IMG/VR virus record: IMGVR_UViG_3300042887_004758
Location: 32,001-96,000 of that record
Reading direction: 5' to 3' (one strand)
Source: a virus
Length of the DNA stretch: 64,000 nucleotides
Position 1 is the stretch's first letter. Every line of letters starts with the position of its first letter. The notes beneath the pieces are model-generated. The model did not search any database. It saw nothing but the letters and a program-made list of their open reading frames with translations, and had not been told where the DNA came from. Below, piece after piece: positions 51,960-60,212 of the stretch. Both the position numbers and the translations under genes were made by a program.

Positions 51960-53720
51960 TTAAGAGAAGTGTTCCGTAATTAAATTTAAGATTTCTTCGG
52001 CCACACTTCCGTCATCAACATTATCCCCCATAACGGTTTCAAAAATATCTTTTTTCTTGGTTAGAATATCATAAATCGCACCTTCAATCGTATTTTCAAA
52101 GATCGGATAATAAACGCTGACTTTGTTGTTTTGTCCAATCCTGTAAGCCCTGTCCTCAGCTTGAGAATGATCTGACGGGACAAATGATAGGTCGTTCATT
52201 ATCACCACCTCGGCGGCGGTTAAGGTAATACCGACACCGGCAGCTTTTAAATTTCCGATAAAAACTTTAACATTTTCATCGTTTTGAAATTTGTCCACCG
52301 CTTCTTGTCTCTTTGTTTTGGAACAAGATCCATCAAGATAAACACAATCTTTTTTGTAATAATCCACAAACTGATTTAAAGTGTCGGTAAAATTGGTAAA
52401 GATAATCACCTTTTTTTCCTGATCTATTGCCGAGTTTGCAATTTCTATTGTATTTTGTATTTTTTCTTGGGCGATTATCTGTCTGACCTTCATTAATTTG
52501 GAGAACTGAAGTGCCAAAGATTTGGATTCCTCACTATTTCTATACCACTCATAATATTCACCCATCAAACTCTTATATAAGTTGGATTGTAGATTCAAAT
52601 AGACGGGTGTTCTAATTTTATCGGGAAGATCCAAGATGTCTTCTTTTAATCTTCTTAAGATGGTGGGTTGAGTTCTTTCTCGGAGTTCTTCAAGATTTGA
52701 TGCTCCGTTTACATTCCATATCAACCTGTTTCCTGCTCTGAATTGAAATCCGTTACAATACCTTCTTACATATGCCATCCAATTTTGAGCAACGGAAGAG
52801 TCAACCAACTCCAAAAGGTTAAAATAGTTAATCGGTCTTGAGGTAAGTGGGGTTCCTGTAAGCAACCAAACCCGACCAATTTTTTCTGCCACATCATTAC
52901 AAAGTTTGGTTCTCGCTGCTTTTTTATTTTGAATATAATGTGCTTCATCAATAATAACCAAATCAAAGTTTTCTTTAAGAATGGTAGAGTTTTCTCTATT
53001 TGATTCATCGTGGAAGTTTTTGATGATATCATAATTTACAATTACATAATCAGCACTTTCCCACTTTTTCCCTTCAACTATTGATATGGTTTTATCGGTA
53101 TAGTTTTTAATTTCTCTATACCAATTGATCTTCAAAGAGGCGGGACAAATAATTAAAACCTTCTTGGATTCAACTTCCAAAGATGCAATTACTGTTGAGG
53201 TTGTTTTTCCAAGACCCATATCGTCAGCCAATATAAACTTATCATTAGAAACCAATTTTTCGATTGCGATTTTTTGGTGTTCCATAGGTGGTCGGACAGA
53301 ATACTTATCATAGTCTATTTTTACCTCTTTTTGTTTCTTCAACAAACTGGCTTTTGGTAAATAGAAGTCGTGTAAATCTTCACTTTCAAAAAACTTCCCC
53401 CACACATGAAACGCCTTATCACCCTCAACCAATAGTTTTTCAATATAAACTTGTTTTGGTGGTTCGGATAATAATTTATCAAGAAATATTTTCTCTGAAA
53501 AATAAAAATCAATATCAACCCACTTTCTGGCGACCTTTGGGGTTTTGTCGTGGTTTTCTAAAATATATGTCGCTTGGTTTTTGGAGATCTTAAAGTTCTT
53601 TTGATTTTTTGAACTTTTTTTTAATTTCAGGATATAATTATTGGAACCTTCATAGGTGTCCAAAATTGACATCGCCTTAACTTCAGGCAAATTATGTGTC
53701 TTGGATGTTTTTTCTCCCAT
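51960..53720 (-). CDS. SNF2-family helicase (SMARCAL1/HARP-like)
   Basis: ADDMGLGKT, DEAH, LTGTP, GITLTAA, QAEDRAYRIGQ. Confidence 0.92.
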   Translation of the reverse strand: MGEKTSKTHNLPEVKAMSILDTYEGSNNYILKLKKSSKNQKNFKISKNQATYILENHDKTPKVARKWVDIDFYFSEKIFLDKLLSEPPKQVYIEKLLVEGDKAFHVWGKFFESEDLHDFYLPKASLLKKQKEVKIDYDKYSVRPPMEHQKIAIEKLVSNDKFILADDMGLGKTTSTVIASLEVESKKVLIICPASLKINWYREIKNYTDKTISIVEGKKWESADYVIVNYDIIKNFHDESNRENSTILKENFDLVIIDEAHYIQNKKAARTKLCNDVAEKIGRVWLLTGTPLTSRPINYFNLLELVDSSVAQNWMAYVRRYCNGFQFRAGNRLIWNVNGASNLEELRERTQPTILRRLKEDILDLPDKIRTPVYLNLQSNLYKSLMGEYYEWYRNSEESKSLALQFSKLMKVRQIIAQEKIQNTIEIANSAIDQEKKVIIFTNFTDTLNQFVDYYKKDCVYLDGSCSKTKRQEAVDKFQNDENVKVFIGNLKAAGVGITLTAAEVVIMNDLSFVPSDHSQAEDRAYRIGQNNKVSVYYPIFENTIEGAIYDILTKKKDIFETVMGDNVDDGSVAEEILNLITEHFS

Positions 53721-53763
53721 AACGTAATAAAAAATAGTTTATTTTTGTGTATTTATCAATAAT

Positions 53764-54237
53764 ATGAAAGACCTGATCAAAAAAATATTAAAAGAGGAAA
53801 CATCAGATCTCAAACCCGCATTGATTAAAGCATTCTATGGTTTCATGGAAATGGAGACACAAGGTTATGAGATTTATGTTGATATTCCTGAAAACAGATT
53901 TAGATACAATCCTGAGTCCATTTGGATCATCAATCCAAAGACCAAAGGATGGATTATAGGATTACTAAAATCAGGAAAACTTTGGTATTATGGCCCACTT
54001 TACGACAATTTTTTAAATTGGTTTAATGAGGAACGTTCTGTATTTGAACAACTTATAAGGATGTGGGTGGAGGACGTTCTCAAAAGAGGGGTATTAACAA
54101 TTCCGGTCCCAATGCCGGCAGCGATCCGTTCGGTGGGGGACGTTCTCAAAAGAGGGATATTAACAACACGGTTTCACTTCGCTCCAGGGGACGACCGGGT
54201 GGAAGACGTTCTCAAAAAAGGAATTAAAATATCATGA
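53764..54237 (+). CDS. Small protein with IKKILKEE leader and in-frame CRISPR-like array at the C-terminus (paralog A)
   Basis: TATTTAT at 53750; clear paralog of 54234; C-terminus VEDVLKRG x3 at a 22-aa period. Confidence 0.8.
   Translation: MKDLIKKILKEETSDLKPALIKAFYGFMEMETQGYEIYVDIPENRFRYNPESIWIINPKTKGWIIGLLKSGKLWYYGPLYDNFLNWFNEERSVFEQLIRMWVEDVLKRGVLTIPVPMPAAIRSVGDVLKRGILTTRFHFAPGDDRVEDVLKKGIKIS
54066..54233. CRISPR. CRISPR-like mini-array: 3 x 36-nt repeats, 2 x 30-nt spacers, inside a CDS
   Basis: R1 54066-54101 GGTGGAGGACGTTCTCAAAAGAGGGGTATTAACAAT; S1 TCCGGTCCCAATGCCGGCAGCGATCCGTTC; R2 54132-54167 GGTGGGGGACGTTCTCAAAAGAGGGATATTAACAAC; S2 ACGGTTTCACTTCGCTCCAGGGGACGACCG; degenerate R3 54198-54233. 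Confidence 0.65.
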
Positions 54238-54641
54238 AAGACCTAATCAAGAAAATATTAAAAGAGGAAACATCGGATATCAAACCGTCTTTGATCAGAG
54301 CATTCTATACTTTCATGGAGATGGAAATGGAGGGTTATAACATTTATGTAGATACTCCTGAAAATAGATTTGAATACAATCCTGAATCCATTTGGATTAT
54401 AAATCCAGACACTAAAGGATGGATTATAGGATTTAAAAGGTTCGGAAAACTTTGGTATAACACTCAACTTTACGAAAATTTTTTAATTTGGTTTAAGGAG
54501 GACAAATCTGTATTTGAACAACTTATAACGATGTGGGTGGAGGACTTTCTAAGAAGAAAAGTGTCAACAATACGAATGATTTACACCGATATGAATCCCG
54601 AGGTGGAGGACGTTCTCATTACAGGAATTGAACTACAATGA
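54234..54641 (+). CDS. Small protein with IKKILKEE leader and in-frame repeat-spacer-repeat unit (paralog B)
   Basis: ATGA coupling to paralog A; high similarity over the first ~100 aa. Confidence 0.8.
   Translation: MKDLIKKILKEETSDIKPSLIRAFYTFMEMEMEGYNIYVDTPENRFEYNPESIWIINPDTKGWIIGFKRFGKLWYNTQLYENFLIWFKEDKSVFEQLITMWVEDFLRRKVSTIRMIYTDMNPEVEDVLITGIELQ
54536..54637. CRISPR. Degenerate CRISPR-like repeat-spacer-repeat inside a CDS
   Basis: R 54536-54571 GGTGGAGGACTTTCTAAGAAGAAAAGTGTCAACAAT; S ACGAATGATTTACACCGATATGAATCCCGA; R 54602-54637 GGTGGAGGACGTTCTCATTACAGGAATTGAACTACA; period 66 nt. Confidence 0.5.
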
Positions 54642-55111
54642 AAGACTTAATCAAAAAAATTTTAAAAGAGGAAACAGAAGAGGTATTGGTAATACCGGGT
54701 TTTAATATTTTTCTTGATGGTGAAGAAGGATTACTTAATTTTTTGAGAAAATACGGTCATAAAAAATGGTCATTTAATGATGATTTAGATTTTTTCAACA
54801 GAAAAATTCTTGTAACTCTTTTTGATAACCCTGAAGACCTAAAATATTTAAATAATTTGGTTGATGTTTATGGTGAACTTGATCTTTATAGGGTTAAAGA
54901 TTTAAAAAGTTTAAATAATTTAAAACGTGTGTATGGTAATATGGATATTCGTGGAACTTCAATCACATCGTTAGATAGTTTGGAATATGTTGAAGGTGCT
55001 TTAAGGGTTAATTCAAAACTTATTGAACCAATTCTTGAACGAATAAAGTCAGGGAAACTTAAAGTTGAGGAACTATATCATTATTTCGACCAAGTACCAC
55101 TACCCGAATAA
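54638..55111 (+). CDS. IKKILKEE-leader protein with LRR/receptor-L-like repeats
   Basis: LKYLNNLVDVYGELDL / LKSLNNLKRVYGNMDI / ITSLDSLEYVEGALRV. Confidence 0.75.
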   Translation: MKDLIKKILKEETEEVLVIPGFNIFLDGEEGLLNFLRKYGHKKWSFNDDLDFFNRKILVTLFDNPEDLKYLNNLVDVYGELDLYRVKDLKSLNNLKRVYGNMDIRGTSITSLDSLEYVEGALRVNSKLIEPILERIKSGKLKVEELYHYFDQVPLPE

Positions 55112-55138
55112 AAAACTTATTTTCAATATTTATAGTGT

Positions 55139-55651
55139 ATGAATAGAAAAGTACCTATAAACAGGCTTTCAAAATTTTTTGGTGATAAAGATTTTTCTTT
55201 AGAATTAGAGATGGGTCAAGAATGGCTCTATGGTGATATGAACTTTACATTAGTTTTATATCAAATAGATCAGTCCAAAACAAAAAAAAGTAATGTTTAC
55301 GGTGAAGTAGAAGAAGATGGAATTGTTTATAAAACACCCGTTGAATTCAAAGGTTATGTAAGAGTTATGGAACCCCAAAATGAAAACTTGGGATCCACCA
55401 AACTCAGAAACTTAGAACCTGGAAATATTCAAATATCTGTTTATATTTCAGAACTTGAAGAGTTGGGTATAGACATAAAATATGGTGATTATATCGGTTA
55501 TTATGAAACCGAATCAAGAGTCAGATATTATACTGTAGTAAACGACGGAAAAGTAACTTCAGACAATAAACACACTTACGGAGGGGTATATCCTTATTAT
55601 AGGACAATTATTGCTTCACCCGTTAAGGACAACGAATTTAGAGGAAACTGA
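55139..55651 (+). CDS. Head closure/neck protein (gp14-like)
   Basis: SNVYGE and IKYGDYIG..YYTV pattern; lies before the tail terminator; TATTTAT at 55127. Confidence 0.6.
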   Translation: MNRKVPINRLSKFFGDKDFSLELEMGQEWLYGDMNFTLVLYQIDQSKTKKSNVYGEVEEDGIVYKTPVEFKGYVRVMEPQNENLGSTKLRNLEPGNIQISVYISELEELGIDIKYGDYIGYYETESRVRYYTVVNDGKVTSDNKHTYGGVYPYYRTIIASPVKDNEFRGN

Positions 55652-56688
55652 TGGGATTTCCAAAGAAGATAAAGAAGAAAATTGACTTAGTTCCTGATAA
55701 GATACTTCTTGATAGGAGGGAACAACTTTTGGATTATATTACAGAAGATGGAACTTATCTTCCCAAAAGTATTCTACACGAAGATCTTGATTTGGGAATG
55801 TTGGAGTTTGTGAAGAATGATCTTTCAACCGTTGTGTCAGGAAAAAAAATACCCACCATTGATATTATCATTACGACTCAGAATTGGGCACAATTTGCTG
55901 AAACTTGGAATTTTACGGATTTAGATGAAAATATAAATCCACCCTTTATCGCTACTGTTAGAAACCCTGATGTAAAATTCGGAACCAATCCGGCTCTGAA
56001 ATATAACATTCCAAACAAAAAAATGTTTTATTATGCCAAGGTTCCAACGTGGGATGGAAACAGAAAAGGTATGGATATTTACAAAATACCTCAACCTGTT
56101 CCTGTTGATATAACATTCAATGTCAAGATTTTTTGTAATAGAATGACTGAGTTGAATGCATTTAACAAAGTCGTTGTTTCTAAATTTGCTTCACGACAGG
56201 CTTATACATTTATTAAGGGTCACTATATTCCGATTATATTAGAAAATGTTTCGGATGAATCTGTTTTGGATTTGGAAAAAAGAAAGTACTATATTCAAGA
56301 TTATAGTTTTACAATGCTTGGGTTTTTGATTGATGAAAAAGAGTTTGAGGTCTATCCAGCCATTAATAGAATCCTTCAGATGGTTGAGGTGGTCCCTCCA
56401 AAAAGAAAGAGGCAAAAATTTGTTGTTCCTGATTTAAGAGATTCTAACTTTTCTTTTTCTTACTTAAATGGGCTTACAACTTTAAGTCAAAAATTTGATT
56501 TCAATGCCGATCTGACCTTTGGTGATTTAATCAATGTTGAAAGTTACTATGTCTACGTCAATAATGAATATTTTGGTGAAAACTCTCCTTTAGTTTTTGT
56601 AAATAATGGTGATATTGTTTCGATTACCATTAGGAAGGTGGACGATAATGAAGATAGTAAAATTATGGTGACATCAAAGTTGATTTGA
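55651..56688 (+). CDS. Tail terminator/sheath stabiliser (gp15-like)
   Basis: IPQPVPVDITFNV motif; upstream of the sheath gene. Confidence 0.6.
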   Translation: MGFPKKIKKKIDLVPDKILLDRREQLLDYITEDGTYLPKSILHEDLDLGMLEFVKNDLSTVVSGKKIPTIDIIITTQNWAQFAETWNFTDLDENINPPFIATVRNPDVKFGTNPALKYNIPNKKMFYYAKVPTWDGNRKGMDIYKIPQPVPVDITFNVKIFCNRMTELNAFNKVVVSKFASRQAYTFIKGHYIPIILENVSDESVLDLEKRKYYIQDYSFTMLGFLIDEKEFEVYPAINRILQMVEVVPPKRKRQKFVVPDLRDSNFSFSYLNGLTTLSQKFDFNADLTFGDLINVESYYVYVNNEYFGENSPLVFVNNGDIVSITIRKVDDNEDSKIMVTSKLI

Positions 56689-56829
56689 TCATTCACCATA
56701 TATGTCTTTCTTTTTTTTACAATTATCCGTAATTAATTTTTCCACAAATTTGTGTATTTTAATACCATTCTTCATACAGTAATTTTTTAATACTAAATGA
56801 TGTTCTTCTGATATTTTTATATTCTTCAT
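56689..56829 (-). CDS. 46-aa ribbon-helix-helix-like DNA-binding protein (not in the ORF track)
   Basis: MKNIKISEEHHLVLKNYCMKNGIKIHKFVEKLITDNCKKKKDIYGE, translated by hand. Confidence 0.7.
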   Translation of the reverse strand: MKNIKISEEHHLVLKNYCMKNGIKIHKFVEKLITDNCKKKKDIYGE

Positions 56830-56980
56830 GTAGAAAATATACGTTAATGACGTATTAAATCAAGGATAAAAAAAGAAGAAAAAATTATCTTTTTTTGAAA
56901 ATTTGTTTTGTAACCCCATTCTTTTGAGATTTTCCATAATATTTATGAAAAAATAAAAGTAAAGAATTTTTAATCAAAAA

Positions 56981-59900
56981 ATGGCAACAGCAAATTCAGT
57001 ATTCGTATCTCCTGGAGTATATACTTCAGAACGAGACTTATCATTTGTGGCTCAAAGTGTTGGTGTTACCACATTAGGTCTCGTCGGTGAGACTTTACAG
57101 GGACCCGCGTTTGAACCCGTCTTCATCAGAAATTTCGATGAATTCCAATTGTATTTTGGAGGAACCAATCCAACCAAATTTGTAAACACTCAAATCCCAA
57201 AATATGAAGCGGCTTATATAGCTAAAGCATATCTTCAACAATCTAATCAACTTTTTGTAACAAGAATTTTGGGTCTTTCGGGATATGATGCTGGACCATC
57301 TTGGTCTATCAAAACAATATCTAATCCCGATGTGAACACCATAGGTCTTTCTTCTGACTTGGGCACCTTTGGTTTCACTTTCGTCGGTACAACAGCATCA
57401 ACCACTAGTATAACTATCACTCTTTCAGGTGGTGGTGCTAGTTCTTATATTTCAAGTGTCACTGGAAACACTGTAACTTTTGCAGATGGTACAAGTTCTA
57501 CTATCTTGGATGAACTTGAGGGTTTTGCTTTTGATGTTATTTCCGATAATACTTTATCTGGTGATACAGCATATGTATATGGTTCTTTATCTGCCGGTAC
57601 GTTCAACGCTCTCACCGCTGCTGGTTTCACTGAACTCGTCAATGTTTTTGGTTGTGATAATCTGAACGAGTCAAGTGCTGATTTAACAGCAGTTAGTAAT
57701 GACACTTGGTACTACGGTTTGTTTGAGTTGACAAATAATACATACTCAGGTCTTTCATTCTCTTCTCGTATTTCGACTCTTGTAACCAATGGTACAGGTT
57801 CGTATACAGGAACTTGTGTTGGTTTTGTGAACTCCTATACCGCTGACACTTATTCTGATTCACATGATTTGATCGTGGGTACATTCAGATCTCGAGGAGT
57901 TTCTCAATACACCGATAATACTAATCCTACTTATGAGGTTACAGGAACTACCGATGTTGTTATGTTAGACAACTTGGATGGTATTTCACAAAATCCTTTC
58001 AACAATTTCACAGTTTCTGGTATTACCAAAGATTCTGTCACCTTCAGTTTCCAAACTTCTTTCCAATCATCGAATACCGACTTTGTCGGAAAAGTATTTG
58101 GTAGATCTAACTTTAACAAAGATAGAACCGAGGTTCCTTTGTTCATCGAGGAGGAATATTCAGGTCTTTTAGCGACACTTTACAACCAAGGTAAAGTTAG
58201 AGGTCTCTCTACAAGTTTGGTGTCGTTCGATTCCGCTCAAAGTTTGGATCCTAACACTATCGGTTGGTACTGTGAACAATATCAGACACCCGCGACACCT
58301 TACGTGGTTTCAGAACTGCGTGGTGATATAGTGGAAAGATTGTTCAGATTTATTTCAATTTCTGACGGAAACAATGCAAATAGACAAATTAAGATTTCTT
58401 TGGTCAACATGTCTTTCGCAAACAATAACTTTGACATTTTAGTTCGTGATTTCTACGACACAGATGAAAATCCTGTTGTTTTAGAGAGATTTGCAAACTG
58501 TACGATGAATGTTTCAAGTCCGAGCTACATCGCTCAGAAAGTCGGAACAGCTAATGGTGAATATGAGTTGAAATCTAAGTACATCATGCTCGAATTAGTG
58601 GAGGGTCACCCAGTTGACGCACTTCCTTGTGGATTCGAAGGTTATATTTCGAGAAATTACTCAACAAATATTTCACCTTTCTTGGTCTATAAAACACAAT
58701 ACTACACACCTGGTCAACTTGTTTATACCCCTCCATTTAACATTCCTGTACTAACAGCGGGTGGTGGAGCTTCTAATGTAAGAAGTTCGGGAGATAAGGT
58801 AAGAAGAACTTACTTGGGTATTTCGAATGTACAAGGATTCGATGCTGACTTCTTCTCCTACAAAGGAAAACAATTACCTGACAATATAGCTACTGACACC
58901 ACCTCGGCAGATTGGAACTACCTAACTCAAGGTTTCCATATGGATGTTAATGCAAGTGCAATTACAATACCAAGTACTTACGTCACTTCAGGTCAAACAG
59001 CTTACCAATGTGGTGTTGCTACCTTCCAAGCAGAACCAACATCTTCATCAAGTCCATACTATAAAATTTTCTCACGTAAATTTACTATTTTACCGGCAGG
59101 TGGTTTTGACGGGTGGGACATCTACAGAGAATACAGAACTAACGCGGACGCTTACCAACTCGGAGATACAAAATATCTTCTTGGGGCCGCAGCAACGGCT
59201 CAATTCCCTGACGCGTCAGGATGGGGAGCATTCAAGAAAATTACCGATGGTGAAAACACAGAGTGGGCGAATACTGACTACTACGCTTACCTCAAAGGTT
59301 TCCAAACATTCAATAATCCAGCGTCTGTCAACATCAACGTATTTGTAACACCGGGTATTGATTATGTAAATAACTTAGCTTTGGTACTAGACGCTATTGA
59401 TATTGTAGAACAGGATAGAGCTGACTCGATTTACATTACCACTACACCCGATTATGAAATGTTTGTGTCATCCACCTCGAATCCTGATGACTTCATCTAC
59501 CCAACAGATGCGGTGGTTAATTTAGAGGACAGTGACATCGATTCGAACTATACCGCTACATACTACCCTTGGATTTTGGTAAAAGATAGTGTGAACAATA
59601 CAAATCTTTGGATCCCACCAACATCTGAGGTTGTAAGGAACTTAGCTCTTACCGACAACATTGCTTTCCCTTGGTTTGCATCGGCGGGTTACTCGAGAGG
59701 TTTGGTTAATGCGGTCAAAGCAAGAAGAAAACTCACACAAGAAGATAGAGACATCCTTTATCAAGGAAGAATCAACCCGATCGCAACATTCTCTGATGTG
59801 GGTCCTGTGATTTGGGGTAATAAAACTCTCCAAGTTCGTGAGTCGGCACTTGACAGAATCAACGTAAGAAGATTGTTGTTACAAGCTCGTAAGTTGATTT

Positions 59901-60163
59901 CAGCGGTTGCTGTGAGACTTCTCTTCGAACAAAACGACCAACAAGTTAGACAAGACTTCTTGGACGCAGTCAATCCAATCTTGGATGGTATAAGAAGGGA
60001 CAGAGGTTTGACGGACTTCAGAGTGACGGTTTCAAGTTCTCCTGAAGATATTGATAGAAACCAATTGACTGGTAAGATTTACATCAAACCAACAAGATCT
60101 TTGGAATTTATTGACATCGAATTTGTAATCACACCAACAGGTGCATCATTCGAAAATATCTAA
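56981..60163 (+). CDS. Tail sheath protein (gp18-like)
   Basis: SPGVYTSERD start, YYPW, PWFASAGYSRG, INPI, WGNKTL, RINVRRLL, FEQND, IKPTRSLEFI. Confidence 0.95.
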   Translation: MATANSVFVSPGVYTSERDLSFVAQSVGVTTLGLVGETLQGPAFEPVFIRNFDEFQLYFGGTNPTKFVNTQIPKYEAAYIAKAYLQQSNQLFVTRILGLSGYDAGPSWSIKTISNPDVNTIGLSSDLGTFGFTFVGTTASTTSITITLSGGGASSYISSVTGNTVTFADGTSSTILDELEGFAFDVISDNTLSGDTAYVYGSLSAGTFNALTAAGFTELVNVFGCDNLNESSADLTAVSNDTWYYGLFELTNNTYSGLSFSSRISTLVTNGTGSYTGTCVGFVNSYTADTYSDSHDLIVGTFRSRGVSQYTDNTNPTYEVTGTTDVVMLDNLDGISQNPFNNFTVSGITKDSVTFSFQTSFQSSNTDFVGKVFGRSNFNKDRTEVPLFIEEEYSGLLATLYNQGKVRGLSTSLVSFDSAQSLDPNTIGWYCEQYQTPATPYVVSELRGDIVERLFRFISISDGNNANRQIKISLVNMSFANNNFDILVRDFYDTDENPVVLERFANCTMNVSSPSYIAQKVGTANGEYELKSKYIMLELVEGHPVDALPCGFEGYISRNYSTNISPFLVYKTQYYTPGQLVYTPPFNIPVLTAGGGASNVRSSGDKVRRTYLGISNVQGFDADFFSYKGKQLPDNIATDTTSADWNYLTQGFHMDVNASAITIPSTYVTSGQTAYQCGVATFQAEPTSSSSPYYKIFSRKFTILPAGGFDGWDIYREYRTNADAYQLGDTKYLLGAAATAQFPDASGWGAFKKITDGENTEWANTDYYAYLKGFQTFNNPASVNINVFVTPGIDYVNNLALVLDAIDIVEQDRADSIYITTTPDYEMFVSSTSNPDDFIYPTDAVVNLEDSDIDSNYTATYYPWILVKDSVNNTNLWIPPTSEVVRNLALTDNIAFPWFASAGYSRGLVNAVKARRKLTQEDRDILYQGRINPIATFSDVGPVIWGNKTLQVRESALDRINVRRLLLQARKLISAVAVRLLFEQNDQQVRQDFLDAVNPILDGIRRDRGLTDFRVTVSSSPEDIDRNQLTGKIYIKPTRSLEFIDIEFVITPTGASFENI

Positions 60164-60176
60164 ACAACTATTTAAT

Positions 60177-60207
60177 AAAAGGGGGAGAAAAGGTCTCCCC
60201 CTTTTTT
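60177..60207 (+). terminator. Intrinsic terminator
   Basis: AAAAGGGGGAGA-AAAGG-TCTCCCCCTTTTTT. Confidence 0.85.
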
Positions 60208-60212
60208 AAAAA

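Noticed and set aside
54102-54601. Self-targeting of the spacers within this window
   Set aside because: No match noticed by eye; an actual alignment is needed
53764-54641. Diversity-generating retroelement as the cause of the variable segments
   Set aside because: No reverse transcriptase or template repeat in the window, and the spacers do not align with adenine-only differences; cannot be excluded genome-wide
54638-55111. The ~22-aa LRR period as related to the 22-codon array period
   Set aside because: No nucleotide repeat-spacer structure; an ordinary degenerate LRR-like repeat
53720-55139. Complete canonical CRISPR-Cas locus
   Set aside because: No cas gene, separate leader or tracrRNA recognisable; the arrays are tiny and intragenic, so they are reported only as CRISPR-like
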